Of a stretch of 64,000 bases of DNA, positions 1 to 10,214 are shown one piece after another (the first letter of the stretch is position 1; each line of letters opens with the position of its first letter). The translations under genes were made by a program, and so were the position numbers. Origin of the DNA: Alphaproteobacteria bacterium (lineage in GTDB: Bacteria > Pseudomonadota > Alphaproteobacteria > SHVZ01); the NCBI GenBank assembly GCA_041906305.1, contig JAYRJL010000005.1, positions 212,269 through 276,268 on the forward strand, in the 5' to 3' direction. The notes beneath the pieces were generated by a model. That model was not told where the DNA came from, made no database searches, and saw only the letters and a list, made by a program, of their open reading frames with translations.

Positions 1-1059
1 CGACATCTCGTCGAGCGCGCGGAACAGGCTGCGGTACTGGTCGGTATCGAGGCCGGCGGCCTGCCGGGCGAGGAAAGCCTGGGTGATGATCAGCTCGCCG
101 ACCATGTTGCCGAGCTTTTCCAGCTTCGGCACGTCGACGCGGACCGTCGGCGTCGGCGGCGCGCCCGGCTTCCTCTGAGGCTCGGGGGCCGGTTCCTTCG
201 ATGCGGGGGCGGGTGCCGGCTTTCCTGCCGCAGGTGCCGCCGGCGGTGGCGGCGAGGGCAGGGCGAGCGCCTTCGGTGCCGGCGCGGGCTCGGCTTCCTG
301 CGCGACATCCGGCTCCGGCCCTGCATCGACCTCGAAGGTGGCGAGGTCGTCGATCATCTCGGCGATCTCGTCGAGATCGCGCTTCGGCGCCGCGCTGTTG
401 AGCGCGATCGTCCAGGAGATGTGGCAGACCGACGGGTCGAGATCGGTGAGGCCGGGGATCTTGGAGATCTCCGCCTCGACCGAGGCGGTGCCGAGCTGCT
501 TGATCGTGCGCAGGATCAGCAGCGGATCGACGCCGGCCTGGAGCAGGCGCGGGCCCGGCGCGAAGCGGATCTGGTATTGCCGGATGATCTCGGCGACCGC
601 GGTCGAGGCCGGGGCGGGCTCCGGGATCTCGGGCTCGAACATCCCGTCGTCGGGCTCCGCCTCCGGCTCGTCGCCGAGCCCGGCGGCCTTGCGCAGACCC
701 GTCAGCGCCGCCTCGTAGCGGGCGGCCGGCGCCGGGGTTCCGTTCTGGGACTCGTCGACCAGCAGGCGCAGCACGTCGACGCCGTCGAACAGCAGGTCGA
801 GCGCCGCCTGGTCGAGCTCGGCCCTGCCCTTGCGCAGCAGGTCCATGAAGGACTCGAAGGCGTGGGCGAACTTGGCGAGCTTGTCCATGCCGAACGCGCC
901 GGCGCCGCCCTTGACCGAATGCACGGAGCGGAAGAGGGCGTTGATCGCCTCGGCCGAGGCCGCATTGCGCAGCTGCTCGACGCTGCTCTCGGCCGCGGCG
1001 AGAAGCTCCTCGCATTCGAGGAAGAAAATGCGCTTCAGATCGTCTTCTTCGGTGCTCAC
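1..1059 (-). CDS. cheA: Chemotaxis histidine kinase CheA, N-terminal part. It covers the HPt/P1 and P2 domains and the start of the dimerization domain. It is truncated by the window edge and probably starts with GTG.
   Basis: The reverse-strand translation starts VSTEEDDLKRIFFLECEELL... and contains the HPt signature FRSVHSVKGGAGAFGMDKLAKFAHAFE, followed by a Pro/Ala-rich linker and a P2-like region. A GAGGAT Shine-Dalgarno sits 10 nt upstream of GTG at 1059. The ORF track did not list it because the stop lies outside the window. Confidence 0.85.
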   Translation of the reverse strand, partial: MSTEEDDLKRIFFLECEELLAAAESSVEQLRNAASAEAINALFRSVHSVKGGAGAFGMDKLAKFAHAFESFMDLLRKGRAELDQAALDLLFDGVDVLRLLVDESQNGTPAPAARYEAALTGLRKAAGLGDEPEAEPDDGMFEPEIPEPAPASTAVAEIIRQYQIRFAPGPRLLQAGVDPLLILRTIKQLGTASVEAEISKIPGLTDLDPSVCHISWTIALNSAAPKRDLDEIAEMIDDLATFEVDAGPEPDVAQEAEPAPAPKALALPSPPPPAAPAAGKPAPAPASKEPAPEPQRKPGAPPTPTVRVDVPKLEKLGNMVGELIITQAFLARQAAGLDTDQYRSLFRALDEMS

Positions 1060-1082
1060 CTGGCGATCCTCGGCACTAGCGC

Positions 1083-1478
1083 TTACGCCCCGACCGCGGT
1101 CCGCGCCATCAGCGCGCCGAAAAGGCCGAGATCCTCGTAAGCTTGGCAGAGCGCATCGGACGGGGTGACCAGCCCGACCTCGAGGTTGCGGGCGCCGAAG
1201 GAGATGGCGGCGGCCTCGAGAAGCTGGATCAGCGCGGTCGAGGGCTCCTCGACCTGGTTGCCGTCGAGATGGACGGACTGCCCGGCTTCGAGCCTTTCCA
1301 GAAGCGCCGCCTTGAGGTCGCGCATCGTGGCGAGGTCGGCAGCCGACGGCAGTTCGAGCCGACCGATGGGCGCCGGATCTCCCACGCGTGAACCCCCAAC
1401 AAGACCGTTCTGGTCAGGATTCCCCACTCGAATCCCGATATCTCGGAGCACAGTAGCCATCGCGCCCTGATCAGGCAA
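1083..1478 (-). CDS. Small STAS-domain (anti-sigma-antagonist-like) protein immediately upstream of cheA, CheS/CheX-like. An alternative start is M7 at 1460.
   Basis: It is 131 aa and has STAS-like alternating hydrophobic segments (LEAGQSVHLDGNQVEEPSTALIQLLEAAAISF). It has the same orientation as cheA and lies 24 bp upstream of it. This position matches alphaproteobacterial che operons. Confidence 0.5.
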   Translation of the reverse strand: MPDQGAMATVLRDIGIRVGNPDQNGLVGGSRVGDPAPIGRLELPSAADLATMRDLKAALLERLEAGQSVHLDGNQVEEPSTALIQLLEAAAISFGARNLEVGLVTPSDALCQAYEDLGLFGALMARTAVGA

Positions 1479-1590
1479 TCGCGGTGGCGCGAATTTTCGC
1501 AGTTAACCTTGCGAATTTTCAGAAGACTATTGCAATCGGCCCGGCGGATGCTGCCCACTTCGCCGCGAGGGTGGGAGTTGGGGGTCGTGA

Positions 1591-2949
1591 ATGTTTTCGT
1601 TTCGCAGCAAGACCTATGACATCCAGGCGCGCCGGAAGGGCCGCTGGACGATCGAGCAGACCGCCGGCGACCAGGCCAGCGCCGAGACCATGGCGAAGGC
1701 GCTCCTGGCCAAGCTGAAGGACATCGAGGCGGTCCGCGTCGTGCTCGACAGCAAGCCCAACGAGCCGCTGTTCGAGCAGGAGAAGCCGCAGGTCACCGCC
1801 CCGCTGACCGTTCCCCAGATCGAGGAGGCGCCGCTCTGCGCCACCCCTGAGGAACTCTACGGGCCGGCCGCCCGCAAGACGCTGAACCGGCTGTTCCGCC
1901 AGTATCTCGACAAGTCGCCGCTGACCCCGACCGAGATCATGCATATCGGCCGCGAGATGAAGCGGATCAACGATTTCGAGGCGATCGTCCAGACCGCGAT
2001 CGACCGGGCCGCGCGCGCCCAGAAGGGGCCCGAGGGCGAGGACGCCAAGAAGCGCACCGACGCGCTGTGGAAGCTCGCCGAGGCGGTCACCAAGCGGGCG
2101 AACGAGGCCGACAAGGTCAAGCTGCCCTCGATCCGCGAGCTCGGGTTCGACGAGGCGATCCGCGCGGTCGCCAAGTCGGTGAAGCCCGAGGAGATGATCT
2201 TCTATCTCCGCTGCATGATCGCCCGCGAGCTGAGCCAGACGCGCTCCTGGTACGGCAAGCTGATGCAGGCGCTCGAGTGGAACAACGCCACCAAGGAAAG
2301 CGCCAGCGTCGGCCTGCTCGACGACTTCATCTCCGACATCCTCGGCAGCGCCACGCTGATCACCGATCTGCTGGGCCAGCAGCCGAGCCTGATCGACGCG
2401 CTGTTCAAGCTGCTCGACATGGCCGAAGGCAAGTTCAAGGGGCCGGGCAAGGGCCAGTCGCCCGAGGTCGTGCAGTCCGAGGAGGCGCTCTGCAAGCTCA
2501 TGGCCACCGGCCGCCTGCCGGCGAGCCAGGAGATCCTGATGGAGCGCGTGCGCGGCGAGCTGCGCAGCTCCAACCCTCTCGTCCGCAACAACCAGATCGT
2601 CGAGCAGAACCGCTTCCGCGACTTCATCAAGCACGTGCTGCGCGAGAACGGCGTGTTCGGCGGCCCGGCCATGGCGGAATCGTTGGTCTATCGAGCCGCC
2701 GCGGTGCTCGAGATGGGCGGCCCCAACGGGCTTCGCGCCGGCGTCGGCTGGATCGTCGAGGCCGGCGCCACGTCGCTCGCCAACGCCAACTTCGTCGTGG
2801 CGCTGTCGGGCACGCGGATCGCGCCGGCACTGGAGGCGGTCGCGTCGGTCGAGCTCAAGAAGCAGATCGCCGGCATCGCCGACCCGGCCGCCCGCGCCCG
2901 GATCGTGGCGCAGCTCGACCAGCAGATGAAGTCGGCGAAGGGCGCCTAG
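1591..2949 (+). CDS. Hypothetical protein, 452 aa. It is predicted to be all-helical and shows no recognisable domain.
   Basis: A long ORF with high GC3 coding bias, RBS-like GGGGG before the ATG. No family was recognised. Confidence 0.6.
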   Translation: MFSFRSKTYDIQARRKGRWTIEQTAGDQASAETMAKALLAKLKDIEAVRVVLDSKPNEPLFEQEKPQVTAPLTVPQIEEAPLCATPEELYGPAARKTLNRLFRQYLDKSPLTPTEIMHIGREMKRINDFEAIVQTAIDRAARAQKGPEGEDAKKRTDALWKLAEAVTKRANEADKVKLPSIRELGFDEAIRAVAKSVKPEEMIFYLRCMIARELSQTRSWYGKLMQALEWNNATKESASVGLLDDFISDILGSATLITDLLGQQPSLIDALFKLLDMAEGKFKGPGKGQSPEVVQSEEALCKLMATGRLPASQEILMERVRGELRSSNPLVRNNQIVEQNRFRDFIKHVLRENGVFGGPAMAESLVYRAAAVLEMGGPNGLRAGVGWIVEAGATSLANANFVVALSGTRIAPALEAVASVELKKQIAGIADPAARARIVAQLDQQMKSAKGA

Positions 2950-4877
2950 GCCGCGGCGCCCGCCTCGTCGCTCCGGAAGCCCGAGGCGGCGTCGACGAGC
3001 TGTCCCGCCTGGTCTGCGAGGGAGGCGGCTGCGGCGGAGCTTTCCTCGACCAGGGCGGCGTTCTGCTGGGTGGCGACGTCGAGCTCGTTCAGCGCCTTGT
3101 TGATCTCGGCGATGCTGCGCGCCTGCTCGCGGCTGCCCGAGGCGATCTTCGGCGCGATCTCGGCCACCTCGCGCACGATCTCGATGATGCTGGTCAGCGC
3201 CTCGCCGGCGCCGCTCGCGAGCTCGACGCCCTGAGCCACCTCCTTGGCGCTCTGCGCGATCAGGTCGCGGATCTGCTGGGAGGCCTGGCGCGAGCGGTCG
3301 GCCAGGGCGCGGACCTCCTGAGCCACCACCGCGAAGCCCTTGCCGGATTCCCCGGCGCGCGCCGCCTCCACCGCCGCGTTGAGCGCCAGCAGCTTGGTCT
3401 GGAACGAGATCTCCTCCATCACCTGGATGATCGCGTTGATCTTCGAGGACGAGCTCTCGATCCCGCTCATCGCCTGGATCACGCTAGAGACCGCGGTGTT
3501 GCCGCCCTCGGCCCTCGTCAGCGCGTCGGCGGCGAGCTTGCGAGCCTGCTCGGAGCTCTCGGCGTTGGCCGCGACGTTGCCCGAGACCTCGCTCATGGTC
3601 GCGACCGTCTCCTGCAGCGCGGACGCCTGGCGCTCGGTCCGCGTCGCCAGGTCGTTGCTCCCCTGGCTGATCTCGCTCGCCGCGGCCCGGATCGCGTCGA
3701 TCGACTCCGTCACACGCTCCGCAGTCTCCGATAGGCGCGTCAGCATGTCGGATTGTTCCGCCATCAGCACCTTCTGCTCCGACGTCATCTCCTTGTTGCG
3801 GGCGATGGTGTTCCGGAACCGGCCGAGCACCTTCTCAAGGTCGCCGATCTCGTCGCGCCGCCCCGTCTCCTTGTAGCTGGATCCCAGGTCGCCGATCGAC
3901 AGCCGCTGCATGACCGCCGACATCCGCGACAGCGGTCGCCCGATCGTGAGGCTGACGATCCAGACGAGGACCAGGGAGAGGACGAGGACGATCCCGGCGA
4001 GCACGCCCGAGACCTGCCAAGCGCGGCGAAGGGTCGTATCGAAGTCGCTTCGGTCGATCGCCTTGATGCTGATTCCGATCACGCGCCGGGAGAAGTCGAG
4101 CACCGGGCTCGCGATCACCGCATGCGGTCTTCCCCCGAGGAAGAGGCGGTCCAGGGTCTTGGAGCCCTTGGTCGCGTCCGCGAACGAGGTGGCGTCGAGC
4201 GCGGAAAGGCCGGGATTGCTGGCGGCGAAGAAGGTGAAGGCATTTCCTTCAAGCAGGAAGAGCCCAACCTCGACGCCCGACTGGCGCTTGTAGGCCGAGA
4301 GCAGCACGTCGTCGAAGGAAAGCCCGACCTCGACGGAACCGACATGCTGGCCGGCCGAGAGGACCGGCACGATGCCGCGGAGCCCGAGGCCTTCGCGGCC
4401 GATTTCGAGGCCGCTGACCGGCGCCTTCGTGGAATTGACGGCGACGACCCCGGGGCGGATCTCGCTCAGGTCGTCGCCGAAGCGGTCGGGGCGGTGGACG
4501 CGGAGAAAGGAGGTCGCCGGCGGCAGATGGAACTGCATCTGCTGGAAATCGAAGCGGTCCCGCATCAAGGCGTATTGCGGCACGAACTCGGCGGCGAGGG
4601 CGGCGCGGTCCTTGGTGGCCAGCGCCTTCTGGACGCTCGGCATGCCGGCGACCAGGGTCGCGACGGTGAGCGCGCGCTTCGCCTGGTCTTCGACCTTGGA
4701 CGCGAAGCTTGCTTCGGCCGCCTTCAGGGCGGCGGCGAGCTGGCGGTCGACCAGGCCTTGCGCCTCGTAGATGTTGATGCCGGCCGAGAGCGCGAGGACG
4801 GCGATCATGCCGATGGTCGCGAGCCCCGCGACCTTGAAGCCGACGGACAGCCGTTTCGGCAGCCGGACTTCGGGCAT
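2946..4877 (-). CDS. Methyl-accepting chemotaxis protein with a periplasmic Cache-type sensor, HAMP and MCP signalling domains.
   Basis: The C-terminus carries the canonical MCP signalling domain ([37 protein letters not shown]). The Cache signature is [23 protein letters not shown], and two TM segments are present. The start was chosen at M45 ([30 protein letters not shown]), before TM1. Confidence 0.9.
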   Translation of the reverse strand: MPEVRLPKRLSVGFKVAGLATIGMIAVLALSAGINIYEAQGLVDRQLAAALKAAEASFASKVEDQAKRALTVATLVAGMPSVQKALATKDRAALAAEFVPQYALMRDRFDFQQMQFHLPPATSFLRVHRPDRFGDDLSEIRPGVVAVNSTKAPVSGLEIGREGLGLRGIVPVLSAGQHVGSVEVGLSFDDVLLSAYKRQSGVEVGLFLLEGNAFTFFAASNPGLSALDATSFADATKGSKTLDRLFLGGRPHAVIASPVLDFSRRVIGISIKAIDRSDFDTTLRRAWQVSGVLAGIVLVLSLVLVWIVSLTIGRPLSRMSAVMQRLSIGDLGSSYKETGRRDEIGDLEKVLGRFRNTIARNKEMTSEQKVLMAEQSDMLTRLSETAERVTESIDAIRAAASEISQGSNDLATRTERQASALQETVATMSEVSGNVAANAESSEQARKLAADALTRAEGGNTAVSSVIQAMSGIESSSSKINAIIQVMEEISFQTKLLALNAAVEAARAGESGKGFAVVAQEVRALADRSRQASQQIRDLIAQSAKEVAQGVELASGAGEALTSIIEIVREVAEIAPKIASGSREQARSIAEINKALNELDVATQQNAALVEESSAAAASLADQAGQLVDAASGFRSDEAGAAA

Positions 4878-5152
4878 GCGAAGCCGGAGCCTCACGCCCG
4901 GCTCCTGCCGGCAAGGCGATGGGAGAGGCAGGGGATCGGAAGTCGCGACAGTCTGCACCGGCCTTTCGGTCGCGAGACGGCGACGTGCGGGACCGTTGCG
5001 GAGCCCCACGCGCCGGCGTACCCGCGCACCGCAATCTTAGTTCGCGGCCGGGTTAACGGCTAGTCTTTGATTTTACAGGATTAAACGAACGCAGCGTGGC
5101 GCCTCCCGGGCCCCAGGGCCGGCGGGCGCCACGCATGCGCTGGGCCTGCGCC

Positions 5153-5929
5153 CTAGTGGGCGAGCAGGGCGGGAACCTTGTCCTGGTCGAGCACGCTTTC
5201 CGTGGCGCCGCCCAGCACCCATTCGCGCATGCGCGAATGGCCGTAGGCGCCCATCACCAGCAGATCGGCGCCGCTGGTACGCACTTCCTCAAGCAGAAGC
5301 TCGCCGACGTCGGCGCCGCGGGCGAGGCGCTCGCGGACGTTCGCCTTGACGCCGTGCCTGCCGAGGCTGCGCGCGATGTCGATGCCCATGCCGTCCTGAG
5401 ACGGATCGATGACGAGGATGTCGACGGCCTCGGCGGCTTCGAGAAGCGGCAGGGCGTCGTGGACGGCGCGGGCGGCTTCGCGGCTTCCGTTCCAGGCGAC
5501 CAGAGGCCGGCGAGGCGCCTGCCCTTTGGCCGAGGTAGCGGCGAGGACCGGGGTGGCTGCCGCGAACACGAGGTCGCGGGCGACGTCGGGCGTGCAGACG
5601 GTGAGGTCGGCGTAGTTGGCGTGGACCGCGGCGTTGGCGACTTCGTCGCCGCGCTCGCAGCGCCACTCGATCGCCTGGCCGGTGGCTGTGGCCGTCGCCT
5701 CGACCTTGGCCCGGATTGCCTCGGCGGCCTTTTCGGCCTCCTCCTGCTGGGCCTCGATGACGGAGGCGGGAATATCGCCGCCCATCCCGCTGTAGAGAAC
5801 CAGCGGCGGCGGAATGACGTGGAGCGCCGCCAGATGGGCCGAGTGGCGTTTGGCAAGCGCGATGGCCATGCTCAAGGGCCCTTCCTCTTGCACGGAAGAG
5901 ACGACGACGAGCAGAGTCTTGATGTTCAT
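5153..5929 (-). CDS. Tandem-domain universal stress protein (UspA family).
   Basis: Two Usp domains are present, and the C-terminus reads ...LLVMGAYGHSRMREWVLGGATESVL. The start was chosen at MNIKTLLVVVSS, which has a GAGGAGG RBS. Confidence 0.85.
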   Translation of the reverse strand: MNIKTLLVVVSSVQEEGPLSMAIALAKRHSAHLAALHVIPPPLVLYSGMGGDIPASVIEAQQEEAEKAAEAIRAKVEATATATGQAIEWRCERGDEVANAAVHANYADLTVCTPDVARDLVFAAATPVLAATSAKGQAPRRPLVAWNGSREAARAVHDALPLLEAAEAVDILVIDPSQDGMGIDIARSLGRHGVKANVRERLARGADVGELLLEEVRTSGADLLVMGAYGHSRMREWVLGGATESVLDQDKVPALLAH

Positions 5930-5981
5930 GCGATCCTCCTCGGATGTGGCAGAAGGAGGCCTCCAATTCGCGGCTCGATCC

Positions 5982-5995
5982 TTGATCTGCGTCAA
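5982..5995. promoter_or_regulatory. FixK/FNR-type anaerobox TTGATCTGCGTCAA.
   Basis: It matches TTGA-N6-TCAA exactly. It is centred about 59 bp upstream of the usp start at 5929 and about 130 bp upstream of the pat start. Confidence 0.6.
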
Positions 5996-6120
5996 GCAAA
6001 GCTCCGATCGGGGACGGGCGCGCCCGCGACCGGCGGACTTGACATGAGTCAAGCCGGGACAGGCCCCGCTCCCTCATCATGCGCGGCCCCTCGCACCGCC
6101 CCGACTCCTGGCTGAACCGC

Positions 6121-8799
6121 ATGTCCATCCGTAACCTAGACGCTCTCTTCAGACCCCGATCGGTGGCCGTCATCGGGGCCAGCCCGCGGCCCGGTTCGGT
6201 CGGACTCGTCCTGACCCAGAACCTGCTCGCCGGCGGGTTCGCCGGCCCGATCCACGCGGTCAATCCCAGGCACGCGGAGGTGGCGGGACTGAAGGTTCAT
6301 CCGGACGTCGCGGCGCTGCCCGAGGCGCCGGACCTCGCCGTCATCTGCACGCCGCCGGCGACGGTGCCGGGACTGGTCGCCGAGCTCGCGCGGCGCGGCA
6401 CGCGGGGCGCCGTCGTGGTCACCGCCGGCTTCAAGGAGCTCGGCAGCGCCGAAGGGCGCCGGCTCGAGCAGGCGATTCTCGACGCTGCCCGCCCGAACCT
6501 GCTCCGCGTCATCGGACCCAACTGCGTCGGCGTCATGTCGACCGCGGTCGGGCTCAACGCGACGTTCGCGCATATCGGTGCACGCAAGGGCAGTGTCGCC
6601 TTCGTCACCCAGTCGGGCGCCATGGCGACGACCGTGCTCGACTGGGCCTCCGATCGCGGCATCGGCTTCTCCTACCTGGCCTCGCTCGGCGACATGGCCG
6701 ACGTCGACTTCGGCGACATGCTCGATTTCCTCGCCAACGACACGGCGACGAGCTCGATCCTTCTCTACGTCGAGGCCATCACCAACAGCCGGAAGTTCAT
6801 GTCGGCGGCGCGCGCGGCCGCCCGCCTGAAGCCGGTGATCGTGATCAAGGCCGGGCGACACGACGCGGCGGCGCGCGCCGCGGCGTCGCACACCGGCGCG
6901 ATGGCGGGCGCCGACGGCGTCTACGACACCGCGTTCCGCCGCGCCGGCATGCTGCGCGTGCAGAGCCTGAGCGAGCTGTTCGATGCCGCCGGAACTCTTG
7001 CGACGTCGCTGCCGGTTTCGGGCGACAGGCTGGCGATCCTGACCAATGGCGGCGGTGCCGGCGTGCTCGCGACCGATGCCCTGCTCGATCTCGACGGCCG
7101 CCTCGCCGAGCTTTCGCCGGCCACGATCGACGCGCTGGACAAGGTCCTGCCGTCGACCTGGCCCCGGGCGAACCCGGTCGACATCATCGGCGACGCGCCG
7201 GCAGCGCGCTATGCGGATGCGCTGCGGATCATCAAGGACGCGCCCGAGGTTGACGCGACGCTGGTGCTGAACTGCCCGACCGCGATCGGGTCGGGAGTCG
7301 ATGCCGCGCGCGCCGTGGCTGGGGTCGCCTCCGAAGGGCGGCGCGCGATCCTGACCAGCTGGCTCGGCAGCAGCGCGGCGGCCGAGGCGCGACGGACCTT
7401 TGCCTCCGCCGGGATCCCGACCTACGACACGCCCGACGCGGCAGTCCGCGGCTTCATGCACCTGGTCAGGTACAAGCGCAATCAGGCGCAACTGATGGAG
7501 GTGCCGGCCGCCGGATCCGAGGAACCCAGGAGCCGCACCGAGGAGGCCCGGCAGATCGTTGCGGACGCGCTTTCCGGCGGAAGGTCGTGGCTGGACGAAG
7601 CCGAGATCACCCGGCTGTTCGCCTGCTACGGCATCCCGGCCGCGCGTTCGCTGCTCGCCACGGATCCCGACGATGCCGCCCGGTGCGCCTCGGCGCTCGG
7701 CGGCCCCTTCGCGCTCAAGGTTTCCTCGCCCGACATCACGCACAAGTCCGACGTCGGCGGCGTCGTGCTGGATCTCGCGACTCCGGAAGAGGTTCGCGGC
7801 GCGGCGGTGGCGATGCGCCGCCGCGTCGAGCAGGCGGTGCCGAACGGCCGCGTGACCGGTTTCATCGTCCAGGAGATGGTCCGTCGGCCCCGCGCGCATG
7901 AGGTGATCCTCGGCATGGCCGTCGATCGCCAGTTCGGCCCGTTCATGCTGTTCGGCCATGGCGGCACCGGCGTCGAGGTCATCGCCGACCGCGCGCTGGC
8001 CCTGCCGCCGCTCAACTTGAGCCTCGCGCGCGAACTCATGGCGCGCACGCGGATCCATCGCCTGCTGGTGGGGTACCGCAACCGTCCGGCCGCCGATCTC
8101 GACGCCGTCGCCGGGACGCTGGTCCGCCTGTCGCAGCTGATCTGCGATCTCGACGAGGTGGTCGAGATCGACCTCAATCCGCTTCTGGCGGACGAGACCG
8201 GCGCGATCGTGGTCGATGCCCGCATGCGCGTCGCACCCATGCCGGCGGGTGCCGCGCGCGGATCGCGCCTGTCGATCGTGCCCTATCCGAAGGAGCTCGA
8301 GCAGGTCGTCGAGATTCAGGGCGTCGGTCCGGTGCTGATGCGCCCGGTACGGCCGGAAGACGCGCCGGCCATCCTCCGCTACGTCGAAGGTCTTGCGCCG
8401 GAGGATGCGCGGCTGCGCTTCTTCGGCGCGATCCGCACCCTCTCCAAGGAGATGCTCGTGCGCCTGACCCAGATCGACTACGACCGTCAGATGGCATTCG
8501 TGCTCGAGGCGTCGGGCGAGATCCTCGGTGTGTCGCGCCTCGCGGCCGATCCCGACAACCGCCAGGCGGAGTTCGCGGTGACCGTCGGCAGCAAGCTCAA
8601 GTCGCGCGGCATCGGAACGCTCCTGATGCGCCGGCTGATCGAGCACGCGCAGGCGCGGCACATCGGCGAGCTGGTCGGCGAGATCCTCGCGGAGAACGCA
8701 CCGATGCTCTCGCTCGCCCGCGACCTCGGATTCAGGCTGAGCCCGCCCGACATCCGGAGCGGCACGGTCCACGCGGTGCTTCCGCTCGCGACGGCCTGA
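6121..8799 (+). CDS. pat: Pat-type protein lysine acetyltransferase (acetyl-CoA synthetase (ADP-forming)-like CoA-binding/ATP-grasp domains fused to a C-terminal GNAT)
   Basis: The N-terminus is the CoA-binding motif SVAVIGASPRPGSVG. Succinyl-CoA-synthetase-like and ATP-grasp regions follow, and the C-terminus is a GNAT domain (...QAEFAVTVGSKLKSRGIGTLLMRRLIEHA). The start was taken at M15, which gives an N-terminus like known Pat proteins. Confidence 0.8.
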   Translation: MSIRNLDALFRPRSVAVIGASPRPGSVGLVLTQNLLAGGFAGPIHAVNPRHAEVAGLKVHPDVAALPEAPDLAVICTPPATVPGLVAELARRGTRGAVVVTAGFKELGSAEGRRLEQAILDAARPNLLRVIGPNCVGVMSTAVGLNATFAHIGARKGSVAFVTQSGAMATTVLDWASDRGIGFSYLASLGDMADVDFGDMLDFLANDTATSSILLYVEAITNSRKFMSAARAAARLKPVIVIKAGRHDAAARAAASHTGAMAGADGVYDTAFRRAGMLRVQSLSELFDAAGTLATSLPVSGDRLAILTNGGGAGVLATDALLDLDGRLAELSPATIDALDKVLPSTWPRANPVDIIGDAPAARYADALRIIKDAPEVDATLVLNCPTAIGSGVDAARAVAGVASEGRRAILTSWLGSSAAAEARRTFASAGIPTYDTPDAAVRGFMHLVRYKRNQAQLMEVPAAGSEEPRSRTEEARQIVADALSGGRSWLDEAEITRLFACYGIPAARSLLATDPDDAARCASALGGPFALKVSSPDITHKSDVGGVVLDLATPEEVRGAAVAMRRRVEQAVPNGRVTGFIVQEMVRRPRAHEVILGMAVDRQFGPFMLFGHGGTGVEVIADRALALPPLNLSLARELMARTRIHRLLVGYRNRPAADLDAVAGTLVRLSQLICDLDEVVEIDLNPLLADETGAIVVDARMRVAPMPAGAARGSRLSIVPYPKELEQVVEIQGVGPVLMRPVRPEDAPAILRYVEGLAPEDARLRFFGAIRTLSKEMLVRLTQIDYDRQMAFVLEASGEILGVSRLAADPDNRQAEFAVTVGSKLKSRGIGTLLMRRLIEHAQARHIGELVGEILAENAPMLSLARDLGFRLSPPDIRSGTVHAVLPLATA

Positions 8800-8832
8800 T
8801 CCGGCTTCGTCGCGTGGTCCGGGGCGCGACGT

Positions 8833-9258
8833 TCAGGGCACGATCATGACGGGGCAGCCCGCCAGATGGATGGTCTTCCGCGACACGCTGCCGAACACCA
8901 GCGAGGTGACGCGCCCTCTGCCGCGCCGGCCGACGACGATGACGTCGGCCTGACGGCGCCTGGCGGCGTTGACGATCTCCTCGGCCGGATCGCCGACGGC
9001 AGCGGCCGTCTCGACGCCGGGGGCACCGGCGAGCGCCGCCTTCTCCTTGGCGCGCATCAGGAAGGGCGGGCGGAGGTCGACGAGGGCGTCGCGCGACTCC
9101 TCCAAGGAGGCACGTTCCCCCGAGTCGATGGCCTGGGGCAGGCTCCGCACCGCCAGCAGGGTGAGATCGGCGCCGCTCGCCTTCGCGATCTTCGCGGCGA
9201 CGCAGATCGCGCGATCGGCATGGGCCGATCCGTCGACGCCGACCAGGATTCTCTTCAT
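8833..9258 (-). CDS. Universal stress protein, single domain.
   Basis: The sequence reads MKRILVGVDGS...VIVVGRRGRGRVTSLVFGSVSRKTIHLAGCPVMIVP, which is the canonical Usp ATP-binding motif. Confidence 0.85.
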   Translation of the reverse strand: MKRILVGVDGSAHADRAICVAAKIAKASGADLTLLAVRSLPQAIDSGERASLEESRDALVDLRPPFLMRAKEKAALAGAPGVETAAAVGDPAEEIVNAARRRQADVIVVGRRGRGRVTSLVFGSVSRKTIHLAGCPVMIVP

Positions 9259-9329
9259 GGATGCCTCTCGGCGCAGGTGCGCCCGGATTCCGATGAAGAG
9301 AAGAATGACCTGCGCGGGCCGGGGTCTCC

Positions 9330-9343
9330 TTGATCTAACTCAA
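9330..9343. promoter_or_regulatory. FixK/FNR-type anaerobox TTGATCTAACTCAA.
   Basis: It lies 72 bp upstream of the usp start at 9258, between the fixK stop and usp. Confidence 0.6.
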
Positions 9344-9364
9344 GGGCCCCCGGGCGCGGGATCT

Positions 9365-10105
9365 TCAGGCGACGCCGCTTCCGATCGTGACCAGCTTGCC
9401 GCGGTCGCGGACGACGATCTGGCTGGCGGTCGGGATGTCGATGACGTGACTCTCGCGAAGCTGCGTCAGGATGCGGCTGACGGTCTCGATGGTGAGGCCC
9501 AGATAGTCGGCGATGTCCGCGCGGCACATCGGCAGCTTGATCGTGTCGGCGTCGACCGTCTTCGGCGACCGCGTGCGCTCGGTCATGGCCAGAAGGAAGG
9601 ACGCGATGCGCTCGACGGCGCTCTTGCGGCAGAGGGTGAGCAGACGCTCCTGCGCCGCCGAAAGCTGGCCGCACATCAGGTTGAAGAAGCGGCGCCCGGC
9701 ACGGGGATCTTCCTCGAGGAGCTGCTTCAGCTGCTGCTTCGGATAGCGGACGAAGCTGGTGTCGGACAGCACTTCGAGGGAGTGGCTGTAGGTGCCGTCC
9801 TCGGCGAGGCCGAAGAAGTCGCCGGGGAGCAGGAAGTCGATGACCGAGCGGCGGCCGTCGGGCAGCAGGCGGACCATGCGGAGCGCGCCACTGACCACCT
9901 TGTAGACGTGCTCCGCGGCATCTCCCTGCTCGACGATCGTCTTGCCGCGCGGCATCACGTGGAGCGAGCCCAGCCGGTCCAGCGAAGCGGTGCCCGCTTC
10001 GGCGCCGGTCGGCGGCGCGAGCCGGGGAAGCTGGGTGGACGAGGTCTTCCGCGCGGGGATCTGGGTGCGGATGGCCGGGGACGCCTGAGTAGCAACTGCC
10101 GTCAT
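9365..10105 (-). CDS. fixK: Crp/Fnr-family transcription regulator of the FixK type. It has no N-terminal Cys cluster.
   Basis: It has a cNMP-binding-like domain and a C-terminal HTH (ADIADYLGLTIETVSRILTQL). The conserved E..SR recognition residues are present and match the TTGAT half-sites found in the window. The start was chosen at the second ATG because it has a GGAGGG RBS. Confidence 0.8.
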   Translation of the reverse strand: MTAVATQASPAIRTQIPARKTSSTQLPRLAPPTGAEAGTASLDRLGSLHVMPRGKTIVEQGDAAEHVYKVVSGALRMVRLLPDGRRSVIDFLLPGDFFGLAEDGTYSHSLEVLSDTSFVRYPKQQLKQLLEEDPRAGRRFFNLMCGQLSAAQERLLTLCRKSAVERIASFLLAMTERTRSPKTVDADTIKLPMCRADIADYLGLTIETVSRILTQLRESHVIDIPTASQIVVRDRGKLVTIGSGVA

Positions 10106-10214
10106 TTTTCCCTCCTGCAGCGACATCGTCGCGTTGGGAGGAGGCTACTGGCGTTGGGCGGCGCGAGAAATTTCGGGATTGTACTTAAGGGATACTACGT
10201 AGCCGCGGCGGCCC

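Noticed and set aside
6136-8772. An 878-aa ORF on the minus strand across the pat locus.
   Set aside because: It is antisense to a well-supported gene. The translation is a low-complexity Arg/Ala/Gly-rich artifact typical of high-GC genomes. It contains no motifs.
8799-8833. The hairpin GTCGCGtggtccggggCGCGAC between the convergent pat and usp genes, as a possible intrinsic terminator.
   Set aside because: It is a GC-rich stem without a following T-tract. It is a plausible structure but not a confident Rho-independent terminator call, and it is not listed as a feature.
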